A stretch of 64,000 nucleotides of DNA, taken from assembly GCA_963771175.1 (NCBI GenBank), contig CAVYSY010000031.1, positions 96,001-160,000 of the forward strand, read 5' to 3'. The DNA comes from an uncultured delta proteobacterium. Lineage in GTDB: Bacteria > Myxococcota > Myxococcia > Myxococcales > Myxococcaceae. The notes under the pieces were generated by a model. The model was not told the origin of the DNA. It made no database searches and worked only from the letters and a program-made list of their open reading frames with translations. The position numbers and the translations under genes are program-made. Positions 9,350-18,426 of the stretch are shown here, piece by piece. The stretch's first letter is position 1. Each line of letters begins with the position of its first letter.

Positions 9350-10090
9350 ATGCGAACCCGAATCCTGACGATGACGCTCCTCCTGGCCCTGACCGCCTGC
9401 TCCAAGGACAAGGACAAGCAGGCCGAGGGCAAGACCTCCACCGGCACCGCCCCCCAGGCGGCCCAGACGGCTCCGGCCGGGAGCGGCGGCCCCGCGGGGA
9501 ACCAGCCTCGGACGCGTCCTCCGGCGGAGAACCCGGGCCCCTGGCAGCAGAAGGCGCTGAAGGGACAGGAGCTGTACGCCACCCTGGACACGAGCGAGGG
9601 CTCCATCGTGGTGAAGCTCTTCTCGAAGGACGCGCCGCTCACGGTGGCCAACTTCGTGGGGCTCGCGACCGGTGAGCAGACGTGGAAAGACCCACGTACC
9701 GAGGAGGTGAAGAAGGGCACGCCGCTGTACCAGGGCATCCTCTTCCACCGGGTGATTCCGCAGTTCATGATCCAGGGAGGAGATCCGCTCGGGGTGGGAG
9801 CGGGCTCGCCGGGCTACACCTTCGAGGACGAGTTCCAGAGCGGCCGGACGTTCAACAAGACGGGCCTGCTGGCGATGGCGAACCGGGGTCCGGAGACGAA
9901 CGGGAGCCAGTTCTTCATCACCACGTCGACGCCGCAGCACCTCAACAACCGGCACACCATCTTCGGCGAGGTGGTGAAGGGCTACGACGTGGTGGAGCGC
10001 ATCTCGACTGTGCCGACGGCGGAGCGCAACAAGCCGCTGAAGGACGTGGTGCTGAACAAGGTGACGATCAGCGACACGCAGCCGGGCTAG
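9350..10090 (+). CDS. cyclophilin-type peptidyl-prolyl isomerase lipoprotein
   Basis: LTAC lipobox; FHRVIPQFMIQGGDP, LAMANRGPETNGSQFFIT, HTIFGEV. Confidence 0.95.
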   Translation: MRTRILTMTLLLALTACSKDKDKQAEGKTSTGTAPQAAQTAPAGSGGPAGNQPRTRPPAENPGPWQQKALKGQELYATLDTSEGSIVVKLFSKDAPLTVANFVGLATGEQTWKDPRTEEVKKGTPLYQGILFHRVIPQFMIQGGDPLGVGAGSPGYTFEDEFQSGRTFNKTGLLAMANRGPETNGSQFFITTSTPQHLNNRHTIFGEVVKGYDVVERISTVPTAERNKPLKDVVLNKVTISDTQPG

Positions 10091-10099
10091 GAGCGAGCG

Positions 10100-10834
10100 A
10101 TGAGAAGGGTGAGCACGCGGCTGGGCGAGTTGGACTGCCAGGTGGTGGAGGCGCTTCCCGAGGGAGCGAGCCCGGAGCTGGCGGTGGTGCTGTGCCACGG
10201 CTTCGGAGCGCCCGCGACGGACCTGGTGCCGCTGGCGCACGAGCTGGTGGAGCTGAAGCCGGAGCTGGGAGCGAAGGTGCGGTTCGTGTTCCCGGCGGCG
10301 CCGCTGTCGCTCTCGGCGATGGGGATGCCGTTCGCCCGGGCGTGGTTCCACCTGCCCCAGGAGGTGCTGACGGGGCAGGAGCGGGACTGGGACAAGTTCG
10401 CGGTCTCGACGCCCGAGGGGTTCGTGCAGGCGCGGCGCGCGCTGATGAGCCTGCTGTCGGCGCTGTCGACGGCGACGAAGCTGCCCTACGGACGAATCGT
10501 CCTGGGCGGGTTCAGCCAGGGCGGCATGGTGACGACGGACGTGGCGCTGCGGCTGGAGGAGGCACCCGCGGGGTTGTGCATCCTGTCGGGGACGCTCCTC
10601 TGCCAGGACGAGTGGAAGCAGCGGGCGGAGAAGCGCAAGGGCCTGCCGGTGCTGCAGGCTCACGGGCGCTACGACAACGTCCTCGCGTTCCACCAGGCGG
10701 AGCGGCTCCAGAAGCTGCTGACGGACGCGGGGCTGTCGCTGGAGTTCCTCCCGTTCGACGGACCGCACACCATCGCCCCGGAAGTGATGGAGCGGATGGC
10801 GGAGTTCCTGCACACCCGTCTCACGAGTCGTTGA
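10100..10834 (+). CDS. phospholipase/carboxylesterase
   Basis: LCHGFGA, GGFSQGG, HGRYD and GPHTI motifs. Confidence 0.9.
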   Translation: MRRVSTRLGELDCQVVEALPEGASPELAVVLCHGFGAPATDLVPLAHELVELKPELGAKVRFVFPAAPLSLSAMGMPFARAWFHLPQEVLTGQERDWDKFAVSTPEGFVQARRALMSLLSALSTATKLPYGRIVLGGFSQGGMVTTDVALRLEEAPAGLCILSGTLLCQDEWKQRAEKRKGLPVLQAHGRYDNVLAFHQAERLQKLLTDAGLSLEFLPFDGPHTIAPEVMERMAEFLHTRLTSR

Positions 10835-10862
10835 TTGCACCCGAAGCCCCGGGAGGCGAGCC

Positions 10863-11276
10863 ATGTATCACGCGAGGGAACTGACGGTGGCCACCCGGGG
10901 CCGGGGCTTCTACGACATCACGGACGAGGTGCGGCGAGCCGTCTCGGAGAGCGGTGCGCGGGAGGGCCTGTGCACCATCTTCCTGCACCACACGAGCGCC
11001 TCGCTGCTGCTCTGTGAGAACGCGGACCCGGACGTGCGCAGGGACTTGGAGTCATTCTTCTCCCGGCTGGTGAAGGACGGGGACCCGCTCTTCCGCCACG
11101 ATGCCGAGGGGCCGGACGACATGCCGGCGCACGTGCGGACGGTGCTGACGCAGAACTCGCTGAACGTCCCGGTGAAGGGCGGCGATGCCCACCTCGGGAC
11201 GTGGCAGGGCATCTACGTCTGGGAGCACCGGACGTCCCCGCATCACCGTCGGGTCACGGTCTCCGTGGTGAGCTGA
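10863..11276 (+). CDS. YjbQ (UPF0047) family protein
   Basis: HTSAS, ENADPDV, DDMPAH, LGTWQGIY motifs. Confidence 0.9.
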   Translation: MYHARELTVATRGRGFYDITDEVRRAVSESGAREGLCTIFLHHTSASLLLCENADPDVRRDLESFFSRLVKDGDPLFRHDAEGPDDMPAHVRTVLTQNSLNVPVKGGDAHLGTWQGIYVWEHRTSPHHRRVTVSVVS

Positions 11277-11290
11277 ACCCCCCGAGCCCC

Positions 11291-12628
11291 CTACTCCGCC
11301 GAGTCGTGGGCCTCGAGCAGCTTGTAGAGCGTCTTGCGGTCCACATCGAGCAGGCGCGCGGCCTCGCTCTTGTTGCCGCCGACGTGCTGGAGCACGTGGG
11401 CCGCGTAGCGCCGGGACAGCTCGGCGAGGCTCGGCATGTCCCCGGCCAGTCCACTCAACCGCTTCGGCGCGTCGCCGATGGGCTCGGGGAAGTCCTGAGG
11501 CCCCAGCACGCCCGTCACGTTGAGCGCGAGCGCCCGGGCCACCACGTTCTCCAACTGCCGCACGTTGCCCGGCCAGTCGTAGGCGGTGAGCCGCGTCATG
11601 GCCTCGGGCGGCACCACGGGCGCCACGCCGCCGCGGGCGTGCAGCGCGGCGAAGTGCTCGACCAGGGCCGGAATGTCCTCCCGCCGCTCGCGCAGGGGCG
11701 GCAGGTGCAGGTGCACCACGTCCAGCCGGTAGAGCAGGTCCTCGCGGAACAGCCCCTCGGCCACGCGCTCCTTCAGGTCCTTGTTCGTCGCCGCCACCAC
11801 GCGCACGTCCACCTTCACGGGCGAGCTCTCGCCCACGCGGCGGATCTCCCCCTCCTGCAGCGCGCGCAGCAGCTGCGACTGCATCTTCGGCCCCACGTCG
11901 CCAATCTCGTCGAGGAACAGCGTGCCGCCGTGGGCCTCCTCGAAGAGGCCGCGCCGCGCGCCCGTGGCCCCGGTGAACGAGCCCCGCGCGTGGCCGAACA
12001 GCTCGCTCTCCATGAGGGACTCGGCGATGGCGCCACAGTCCACGGGGATGAACGACGCACTGGCGCGCGGCGAGCGCTGGTGCAGCGCCCGCGCCACCAT
12101 CTCCTTGCCCGTGCCCGTCTCGCCGGTGATGAGCACCGGCACCGAGGTGGCCGCCGCACGCGCCACCTGCTTGTACACCTCGAGCAGCGCCGGGCTGCGC
12201 CCCACCATGGAGCCGCGCTCCACCTGCTTGCGCAGCGAGCGGTTCTCCTCCACCAGCCGCTTCTGCTCCAGCGCCCGCCGGGCCACGCGCACGATGGCGT
12301 CCACGTCGAAGGGCTTGGAGAGGTAGTCGAAGGCGCCCTGCTGGATGCTGTCCAGCGCGCCCTCGATGTTGCCGAAGGCCGTCACCACGATGACGGGCGT
12401 GTCCGGCAGTTGCGCGCGGACCTCGTTCAGCACGGTGAGCCCGTCGCCCGGGTTGGGCATGGCCATGTCGGTGAGCACGAGGTCGAACGGCCCGTCCTCG
12501 GCGAGGCGCGCGGCGGCCTCCTTCGGGTCCGCGGCCTGGTTCACCTGCCCCAGCATGCCGAGCAGGCGCTTCAGCAAATCCCTCGCGTGAGGGTCATCAT
12601 CGACGACGAGGATGCGGGCAGCGTTCAT
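11291..12628 (-). CDS. sigma54-dependent response regulator (NtrC family)
   Basis: Receiver domain (ILVVDDD, VLTDMAM), GETGTGKE, ESELFGH, GSFTGA, WPGNVRQL and a Fis-type HTH. Confidence 0.95.
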   Translation of the reverse strand: MNAARILVVDDDPHARDLLKRLLGMLGQVNQAADPKEAAARLAEDGPFDLVLTDMAMPNPGDGLTVLNEVRAQLPDTPVIVVTAFGNIEGALDSIQQGAFDYLSKPFDVDAIVRVARRALEQKRLVEENRSLRKQVERGSMVGRSPALLEVYKQVARAAATSVPVLITGETGTGKEMVARALHQRSPRASASFIPVDCGAIAESLMESELFGHARGSFTGATGARRGLFEEAHGGTLFLDEIGDVGPKMQSQLLRALQEGEIRRVGESSPVKVDVRVVAATNKDLKERVAEGLFREDLLYRLDVVHLHLPPLRERREDIPALVEHFAALHARGGVAPVVPPEAMTRLTAYDWPGNVRQLENVVARALALNVTGVLGPQDFPEPIGDAPKRLSGLAGDMPSLAELSRRYAAHVLQHVGGNKSEAARLLDVDRKTLYKLLEAHDSAE

Positions 12629-14022
12629 GTACCGACTCCGCGGACAACAGGGGGCGCGGCCTCGGCCGCGAGGGGAAAGCGGACCGTCACCCGGGTGCCC
12701 GAATCCAGCGCCGAGCACACCAGCAGCGAGCCTCCGTACGCATCCACCAACCGCTTCGTGGTGGCCAGGCCGAGCCCATGCCCGGGGCGCCCGCGGGCCT
12801 CCGGCGCGCGGAAGAACGGCTGGTAGAGCTTCACCTGCGTCTCCGCGCTCATGCCGATGCCATTGTCGGCCACCTCCAGGACGGCCTCGCCGCCCTCGCG
12901 CACCACCTTCACGGAGACGCGCGCGTCCGGCCGGCCCGCGGTGTACTTCACCGCGTTGGACAGCAGGTTCTGCGCGATGAGCTGCAGGAGCTGCGAGGGG
13001 CAGGACACCTTCACGCCGGACGCCAGCTCGCGCTCCAGCGCCACGCCCTGCGCGGCGGCCGTCTGGCTCACCTCCAGCAGCAGCGTGCTCACGGCGGTGT
13101 CCAGCTCGCCCACCGCCGGCTCACCCCGGGTGCCCGCCCGGCAGAAGCGCAGCAGCGCCTCGATGAGCTCGCCCATGCGCACCGCGCTGGACTCGGAGAG
13201 CGACACGAGCTCCAGCGCCTGCGGGTCCTTCACCGCCCCCGAGCGGCGCAGCAGCGTGAGGTACCCCTTGAGCGGCGACAGCGGCCCCATCAGGTCATGC
13301 GCCACGCGCCGGGTGAAGGCATCCAGCTCCTGGTTGCGCCGGTCCAGCTCCTCCAGCTGCTCCTGGATGGTGCGCTCCTGCCGCTGGAGCACCGAGGTGA
13401 TGCGCCAGCCCACCGCCAGCGACACCAGCACGGCCAGCAGCGTCACCACGCCCCCGTAGGCGAGGTTGCGCACGCGCAGCGAGGCCAGGTGCTCCAGCAG
13501 CAGCCGCGCCTCGTCCGCGTTCTCCTGGGCGAGCTGCCCCGCCAGCCCATCAATCTCCTCGGCCAGCGGGCGCACCTGCTCCACCAGGTGGTGCCTCGCC
13601 TGCTCGGCCTCCTTGCGGTGGGAGAAGACCGCCGCGGCGCGCACCTGCTCGGCCAGCCGGGTGCAGGCCACGTTGAAGCGATGCCACACCACGAGCGTGT
13701 CGTCGCTGGGAAGGTTGCGCGTGTAGTCCCCGGTGGCCTCGCGGATGTCCGCGAGGATGTCCTCCATCACCTCGTTGGCGGCATGGCGCTGCTCGTCGTC
13801 GGTGGCGCGGATGTGGGCCTCGATCGCGGACTCCAGCGAGAGGGCGTCCACCCGGATGCGGCCGATCAGTCCAGCCCGCTCCAAGGCCTCCTGGACGCGC
13901 TCGGCCACCTGGCGGCTGGTGCGCACCTCCGTCCACAGGCTGAAGGCGGCCACCGCCGACAGCAGCATCACCGCGAAGAGGAAGCCGACGCGGTAGCCAC
14001 GAATGGATGCTGGCGAGCTCAC
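12625..14022 (-). CDS. sensor histidine kinase with periplasmic four-helix-bundle sensor
   Basis: Two TM segments; VAHDLMGPL H-box, NLLSNAVKY, DNGIG, GHGLGL. Confidence 0.95.
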   Translation of the reverse strand: MSSPASIRGYRVGFLFAVMLLSAVAAFSLWTEVRTSRQVAERVQEALERAGLIGRIRVDALSLESAIEAHIRATDDEQRHAANEVMEDILADIREATGDYTRNLPSDDTLVVWHRFNVACTRLAEQVRAAAVFSHRKEAEQARHHLVEQVRPLAEEIDGLAGQLAQENADEARLLLEHLASLRVRNLAYGGVVTLLAVLVSLAVGWRITSVLQRQERTIQEQLEELDRRNQELDAFTRRVAHDLMGPLSPLKGYLTLLRRSGAVKDPQALELVSLSESSAVRMGELIEALLRFCRAGTRGEPAVGELDTAVSTLLLEVSQTAAAQGVALERELASGVKVSCPSQLLQLIAQNLLSNAVKYTAGRPDARVSVKVVREGGEAVLEVADNGIGMSAETQVKLYQPFFRAPEARGRPGHGLGLATTKRLVDAYGGSLLVCSALDSGTRVTVRFPLAAEAAPPVVRGVGT

Positions 14023-14038
14023 GAGCCGCTCCAGGGGC

Positions 14039-14482
14039 TCAGCGCGAGCCTCCCTCGGACGTGCCGGCCGGCTCCGGGGGTGAAGAGGACGGAGGCTGGC
14101 TGCGCCGCCGTGCCCGGGAGAGCGCCGACTGGTACCACACGTCCTCCAGCTCCTCCTGCAGCTCCGCCAGCTCGCGCTGCCGCGTCACGAGCTGCGCGTT
14201 GTGCTCGACCAGGGAGTGCCGCGCCGCCGTCTCGCGCGCCAGCTCCTCCTCCAGGAGACGCGAGAGCTGCTCGGACTCGGCGCGCTCCTGGGCCGCCGCC
14301 TCGAGCGCACTCTCCGCCTGGGCGAGCCGCACCGCGAGCGCCTCCGCGCGCTCCTGCTCCACCTGCGATTGCCGCTGCCACCGCACCACCTCCGCCGACA
14401 CCTGGGGCAGGGAGGGGACCCGCGGGGTTGCGCAACCCACACCCACCCCACCCACCACCGCCGCGATGAAGAGGTACCGCAT
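14039..14482 (-). CDS. coiled-coil lipoprotein, hypothetical
   Basis: MRYLFIAAVVGGVGVGC signal/lipobox followed by a Glu/Ala/Arg heptad-rich helix; first gene upstream of the kinase-regulator pair. Confidence 0.7.
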   Translation of the reverse strand: MRYLFIAAVVGGVGVGCATPRVPSLPQVSAEVVRWQRQSQVEQERAEALAVRLAQAESALEAAAQERAESEQLSRLLEEELARETAARHSLVEHNAQLVTRQRELAELQEELEDVWYQSALSRARRRSQPPSSSPPEPAGTSEGGSR

Positions 14483-14688
14483 ACCTTCGCTCCCGTCCTC
14501 CGGACGCACGGTATGCGCCTCCGGGCTAGACCGGGCTCTACCGTCACCGGCTGACATGGCCAGCATCCCCAAGACAGGGGGTGTCGTCAAAGACCTCCGG
14601 TACTTTCTGGGGAGCGTGCCCCCAGGCCTGGCAGGCTCCATGGGGAGAATCTCCGCAATCCGGCGGGGGTCTCCCTCGGGAAGGGCCG

Positions 14689-14704
14689 TGGCACGGCAGG
14701 TGCT
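14689..14704 (+). promoter_or_regulatory. putative sigma54 -24/-12 promoter
   Basis: TGGCACGGCAGGTGCT versus consensus TGGCAC-N5-TTGCW, about 60 bp before ATG 14766. Confidence 0.6.
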
Positions 14705-14765
14705 CAGTGTCTGGGACGCAACGCCGCAATGCCGCGACGTTTCGTTGGTGCTCGGAGAATCCATC

Positions 14766-15038
14766 ATGAAGAACCTGTTCGCCGCCCTCGTCGTGACCGC
14801 CTCCATGACCGCGTTTGCCACCGAGCCCGTGAAGGCCGAGGCCAAGCCCGAGGCCGCTCCGGCCGCCGCCGTGAAGGCCGAGGCCAAGCCGGAGGCCGCC
14901 GTGAAGGCCGAGGCCAAGCCCGAGGTCAAGGCCGAGGCCAAGCCCGAGGTCGCCCCCGTGAAGGCCGAGGCCAAGCCGGAGAAGAAGCCGGCCAAGAAGG
15001 CCCCCAAGGCCGAGAAGACCGCCGCGGAGACCAAGTAG
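14766..15038 (+). CDS. small secreted Ala/Lys/Glu/Pro-rich repeat protein
   Basis: Signal peptide MKNLFAALVVTASMTAFA, five VKAEAKPE repeats, basic tail; GGAGA RBS. Confidence 0.8.
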   Translation: MKNLFAALVVTASMTAFATEPVKAEAKPEAAPAAAVKAEAKPEAAVKAEAKPEVKAEAKPEVAPVKAEAKPEKKPAKKAPKAEKTAAETK

Positions 15039-15066
15039 TCGCTCCGCTTCATCTTGAAGCTTCAGT

Positions 15067-15106
15067 GAGGGCGCTTCCCGCCAAGGGGGGCGCCCTCGCC
15101 GTTTTT
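15067..15106 (+). terminator. putative intrinsic terminator
   Basis: gagggcgc...gcgccctc stem followed by a T-run. Confidence 0.6.
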
Positions 15107-15269
15107 CGAGCCTCGCCCGCGGTGCCCACCACGACAACGCCATTGCCCTCCCCCCCACGCAACAGCGACCTGGGACCGAGGGGTTGGTTGTCGGGCGGAA
15201 AAGGAGCGCCAGCTTCTCTGCCCATCCTGGAAAGTTCTTGGATGACGCAGGCCGTGGGAGGAGCGTCTC

Positions 15270-18203
15270 ATGTCGTTGCGGAGCCCCTGGCGCAGGCTGT
15301 CCTGGAGCATCACCTGTCTCACCCTGAGCCTGAGCCTGCTGGCCTTGGCGCGGGCCTGGAGCGCGAGCCCCCCCCCGGACAGTGGCCCGCCGCGGGTCGA
15401 CGTCGTGGACGAGGAGACCCAGGCTGGAGCCGGGGCCGTCTTGCCGAGCCTCACCCTCCCAGGCGGCTTCACGCAGGAGGTGGTGATCTCGAGACTGCGG
15501 CTCCCAACGGCCTTCGTGAGCCTGCCGGATGGCCGGCTCTTCATCGCCCTGAAGGGCGGCGAGGTCCGGGTGTTCAAGAACGGCGCCGTCCTGCCCACGC
15601 CCCTCATCGACCTGAGCGCTCGGGTGAACGAGCACCAGGACCGGGGCGTGGTGGGCATTGCCATCGATCCCGACTTCGCGACCAACGGCCATCTCTACCT
15701 CGCCTATACCTATGACGATGATGCGGTGGACGACACGGGACCCAAGACGGGACGCGTGTCCCGGTTCACGGTGGTGGGAGACACCGCCTCGCCGCAGAGC
15801 GAGGTCGTCCTGCTCGGCACGCTGGTGGGCAACTCGTGCCATGACTTTCCCGACGGCTCGGACTGCATCCCCTCGGACAGCACCTCGCACACCGTGGGCC
15901 AGCTCAAGTTCGCGCCGGATGGCACGCTCTTCGTGACGCTGGGAGACGGCGCCCGGTTCGACGCGGTGGATGACGATGCGTTCAGGGCGCAGGACCTCGA
16001 CTCCCTGGGAGGCAAGGTGCTTCGCATCACGCGGAGCGGGCAGGGCCTGCCCACCAATCCCTTCTGGAATGGCAATGCCGCGTCCAACCGCTCGAAGGTG
16101 TGGAGCTACGGGCTGCGCAATCCCTACCGGTTCAACTTCCGCCCCGGCACCAGCATCGCCTACCTCGGAGACGTGGGCTGGCGTAATTACGAGGAGATCA
16201 ACGTCGCGACCGCGGGAGCGAACTTCGGCTGGCCCTGCTACGAGGGCCCCTTCCGCCAGAGCGGCTACGCGCCCAAGCCGATCTGCCAGGCGCTCTACAA
16301 CCGCGGCGAGTCCGCCGTGAAGATGCCGCTGCACTACTGGAGCCACGCTGACGGTTACGCGGCCACGGGCGGAGCCTTCTACACCGGGACGGCGTATCCA
16401 GCGGAGTGGCGGGGCGCCTACTTCTTCGGGGACTACTCCGCGTGGCTCCACACCCTCCGGGTGGACGCGAACGACAACCTGGTGCCCGGCAGCGTGACGA
16501 CCTTCGCGACCGCCGCGGGAAACATGACGGATATCGAGATCGGGCTGGACACCAACTTGTATTACGTCGACACCTTCGCGGGGGAGCTGCGCCGCATCCG
16601 CTACACGGCGGGCAACAGTCCTCCGGTGGCGGTGGCCTCGGCGACTCCGCGCGAGGGGCCCGTGCCGCTGAAGGTGCTGTTCTCCAGCGCGGGCAGCAGC
16701 GATCCGGATGGGGATGCACTTGCCTACACCTGGGACTTCGGGGATGGCACCGCCATCTCCACGCTGGCCAACCCGGAGCATACGTACATGACGGCGGGCC
16801 GCTACACGGCCCGACTGACCGTGAGCGACGGGCGGGGGGGCACGCACTCCGCCTCCGTTCAGCTCTCCGTGGGCAACCGGGCCCCCGTCCCCACCATCGC
16901 CTCGCCCTCGAGCACCCTCCTGTTCAAGGTGGGCGATGTGGTGAGCTACTCGGGCTCCGCGAGTGACCCCGAGGATGGGCCCATCCCCGACAGCCAGCTT
17001 TCATGGACCATCACCCTGCACCACTGCTCGGCGGGGACATGCCATGTCCATCCCTTCACCACGAGCACGGGGGCGAGTGGGTCCCTCACCATCGATGACC
17101 ATGGGGATGAGGTCTACTTCGACATCACCCTCACGGCGACGGACTCTGCGGGCCTGACGGGCACGCAGACGGTGACGATTCATCCGCAGACGGTCCAGTT
17201 CACGCTGCAGACGTCTCCCCCCGGACTGCAGGTCGTCCAGGATGGGACGAGCGGAACAGCTCCGCTGACGCGCACGGTCATCGCCGGCTCCTCGCACAAC
17301 GTCTACGCGCCCTCGCCCCAGGGGCTCCACACCTTCAAGGACTGGTCGGATGGTGGAGCCCAGCAGCACCAGGTCCGGGTCGGGACGACGGACGCCACGT
17401 ATACGGCCACGTTCACCGAGTCCGCCTCATCCTGTCCGCTGGGCCAGTACCGAGCGGAGTACTTCAACAACCGGACCCTGACGGGCACACCGGTACTGGT
17501 GCGCTGCGAGGCGGCTCCGTTCGCCTACAGCTGGGGGAGCAGCCCCGCCCCCGGGGTGAACGCGGACAACTTCTCGGTGCGCTGGTCGGGACGCTTCTCC
17601 TTCACGGCAGGCACCTTCAACTTCATCGCCCGGGCGGATGATGGAGTCCGGGTGTCCGTGGATGGCACGCGCATCATCGATGCCTGGCGGGACCAGCCGG
17701 CCACGACGTATCAAGCCAACCGAACGATGACGGCCGGCGAGCACGTGGTCGTCATGGAGTACTACGAAAACGCCATCGGCGCCGTGGCCTCGCTCCGGTG
17801 GGAAGCCATCTCCTGTCCGGAGGGACAGGTCCCACCAGGCCTGTACCGGGCGGAGTACTTCAACAACCGGACCCTGAGTGGCACGCCCGTGCTGGTGCGC
17901 TGCGAGCTGGCTCCGCTCGACAACAACTGGAGAGCGGGCAATCCCGCCATCGGCGTGAACGCGGACAACTTCTCGGTTCGCTGGTCGGGGCGCTTCAACT
18001 TCGCGGCGGGCACCTACACCTTCGTCGCCCGGGCGGATGATGGAGTCCGGGTGTACGTGGATGGCACGCGCATCATCGATGCCTGGCGGGACCAGGGGCC
18101 CACGACCTACCAGGCCACCTTGCCCCTGCCGGCCGGCGAGCACCTGGTCGTCATGGAGTATTACGAGAACGCGGTCGACGCGATGGCCTCGCTCCGGTGG
18201 TAG
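15270..18203 (+). CDS. secreted PQQ-dependent sugar dehydrogenase-like beta-propeller + PKD + two PA14 domains (copy 1)
   Basis: TLGDG, LGGKVLRI, YGLRNPYR, NFGWPCYEG; PKD WDFGDG; two repeats of FSVRWSG...ADDGVRV...MEYYE. Confidence 0.9.
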   Translation: MSLRSPWRRLSWSITCLTLSLSLLALARAWSASPPPDSGPPRVDVVDEETQAGAGAVLPSLTLPGGFTQEVVISRLRLPTAFVSLPDGRLFIALKGGEVRVFKNGAVLPTPLIDLSARVNEHQDRGVVGIAIDPDFATNGHLYLAYTYDDDAVDDTGPKTGRVSRFTVVGDTASPQSEVVLLGTLVGNSCHDFPDGSDCIPSDSTSHTVGQLKFAPDGTLFVTLGDGARFDAVDDDAFRAQDLDSLGGKVLRITRSGQGLPTNPFWNGNAASNRSKVWSYGLRNPYRFNFRPGTSIAYLGDVGWRNYEEINVATAGANFGWPCYEGPFRQSGYAPKPICQALYNRGESAVKMPLHYWSHADGYAATGGAFYTGTAYPAEWRGAYFFGDYSAWLHTLRVDANDNLVPGSVTTFATAAGNMTDIEIGLDTNLYYVDTFAGELRRIRYTAGNSPPVAVASATPREGPVPLKVLFSSAGSSDPDGDALAYTWDFGDGTAISTLANPEHTYMTAGRYTARLTVSDGRGGTHSASVQLSVGNRAPVPTIASPSSTLLFKVGDVVSYSGSASDPEDGPIPDSQLSWTITLHHCSAGTCHVHPFTTSTGASGSLTIDDHGDEVYFDITLTATDSAGLTGTQTVTIHPQTVQFTLQTSPPGLQVVQDGTSGTAPLTRTVIAGSSHNVYAPSPQGLHTFKDWSDGGAQQHQVRVGTTDATYTATFTESASSCPLGQYRAEYFNNRTLTGTPVLVRCEAAPFAYSWGSSPAPGVNADNFSVRWSGRFSFTAGTFNFIARADDGVRVSVDGTRIIDAWRDQPATTYQANRTMTAGEHVVVMEYYENAIGAVASLRWEAISCPEGQVPPGLYRAEYFNNRTLSGTPVLVRCELAPLDNNWRAGNPAIGVNADNFSVRWSGRFNFAAGTYTFVARADDGVRVYVDGTRIIDAWRDQGPTTYQATLPLPAGEHLVVMEYYENAVDAMASLRW

Positions 18204-18225
18204 CCCCGTCGGGGTCCTCTCGGCG

Positions 18226-18307
18226 TGTAGGAGCCGCTCGTCGCCCGGTGCAGGCACCCGATGATGGGGTCGTGACCGCCTCCATGACCGCGTTTGCCTC
18301 TGAGCCG
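18226..18307. repeat. chimeric junction of a 41-bp copy of 21913-21953 and a copy of 14790-14827
   Basis: tgtaggagccgctcgtcgcccggt(g/c)caggcacccgatgatg (one mismatch), then gtcgtgaccgcctccatgaccgcgtttgcc (30 bp exact). Confidence 0.95.
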
Positions 18308-18426
18308 AGGCCGCCACAACAGCGGCCTGGGACCGTGGGGTTGGTTGTCGGACGGAAAAGGAGCGCCAGCTTCTCTGCCCACCCTGGAAAGTTCGTGGAT
18401 GTGGCAGGCCGTGGGAGGAGCGTCTC

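Noticed and set aside
5935..9675. 1246-aa plus-strand ORF and similar long antisense ORFs (30517-33480, 57672-59609, 14544-16847)
   Set aside because: Shadow frames of real genes; high GC3 suppresses stop codons and the translations lack recognisable motifs.
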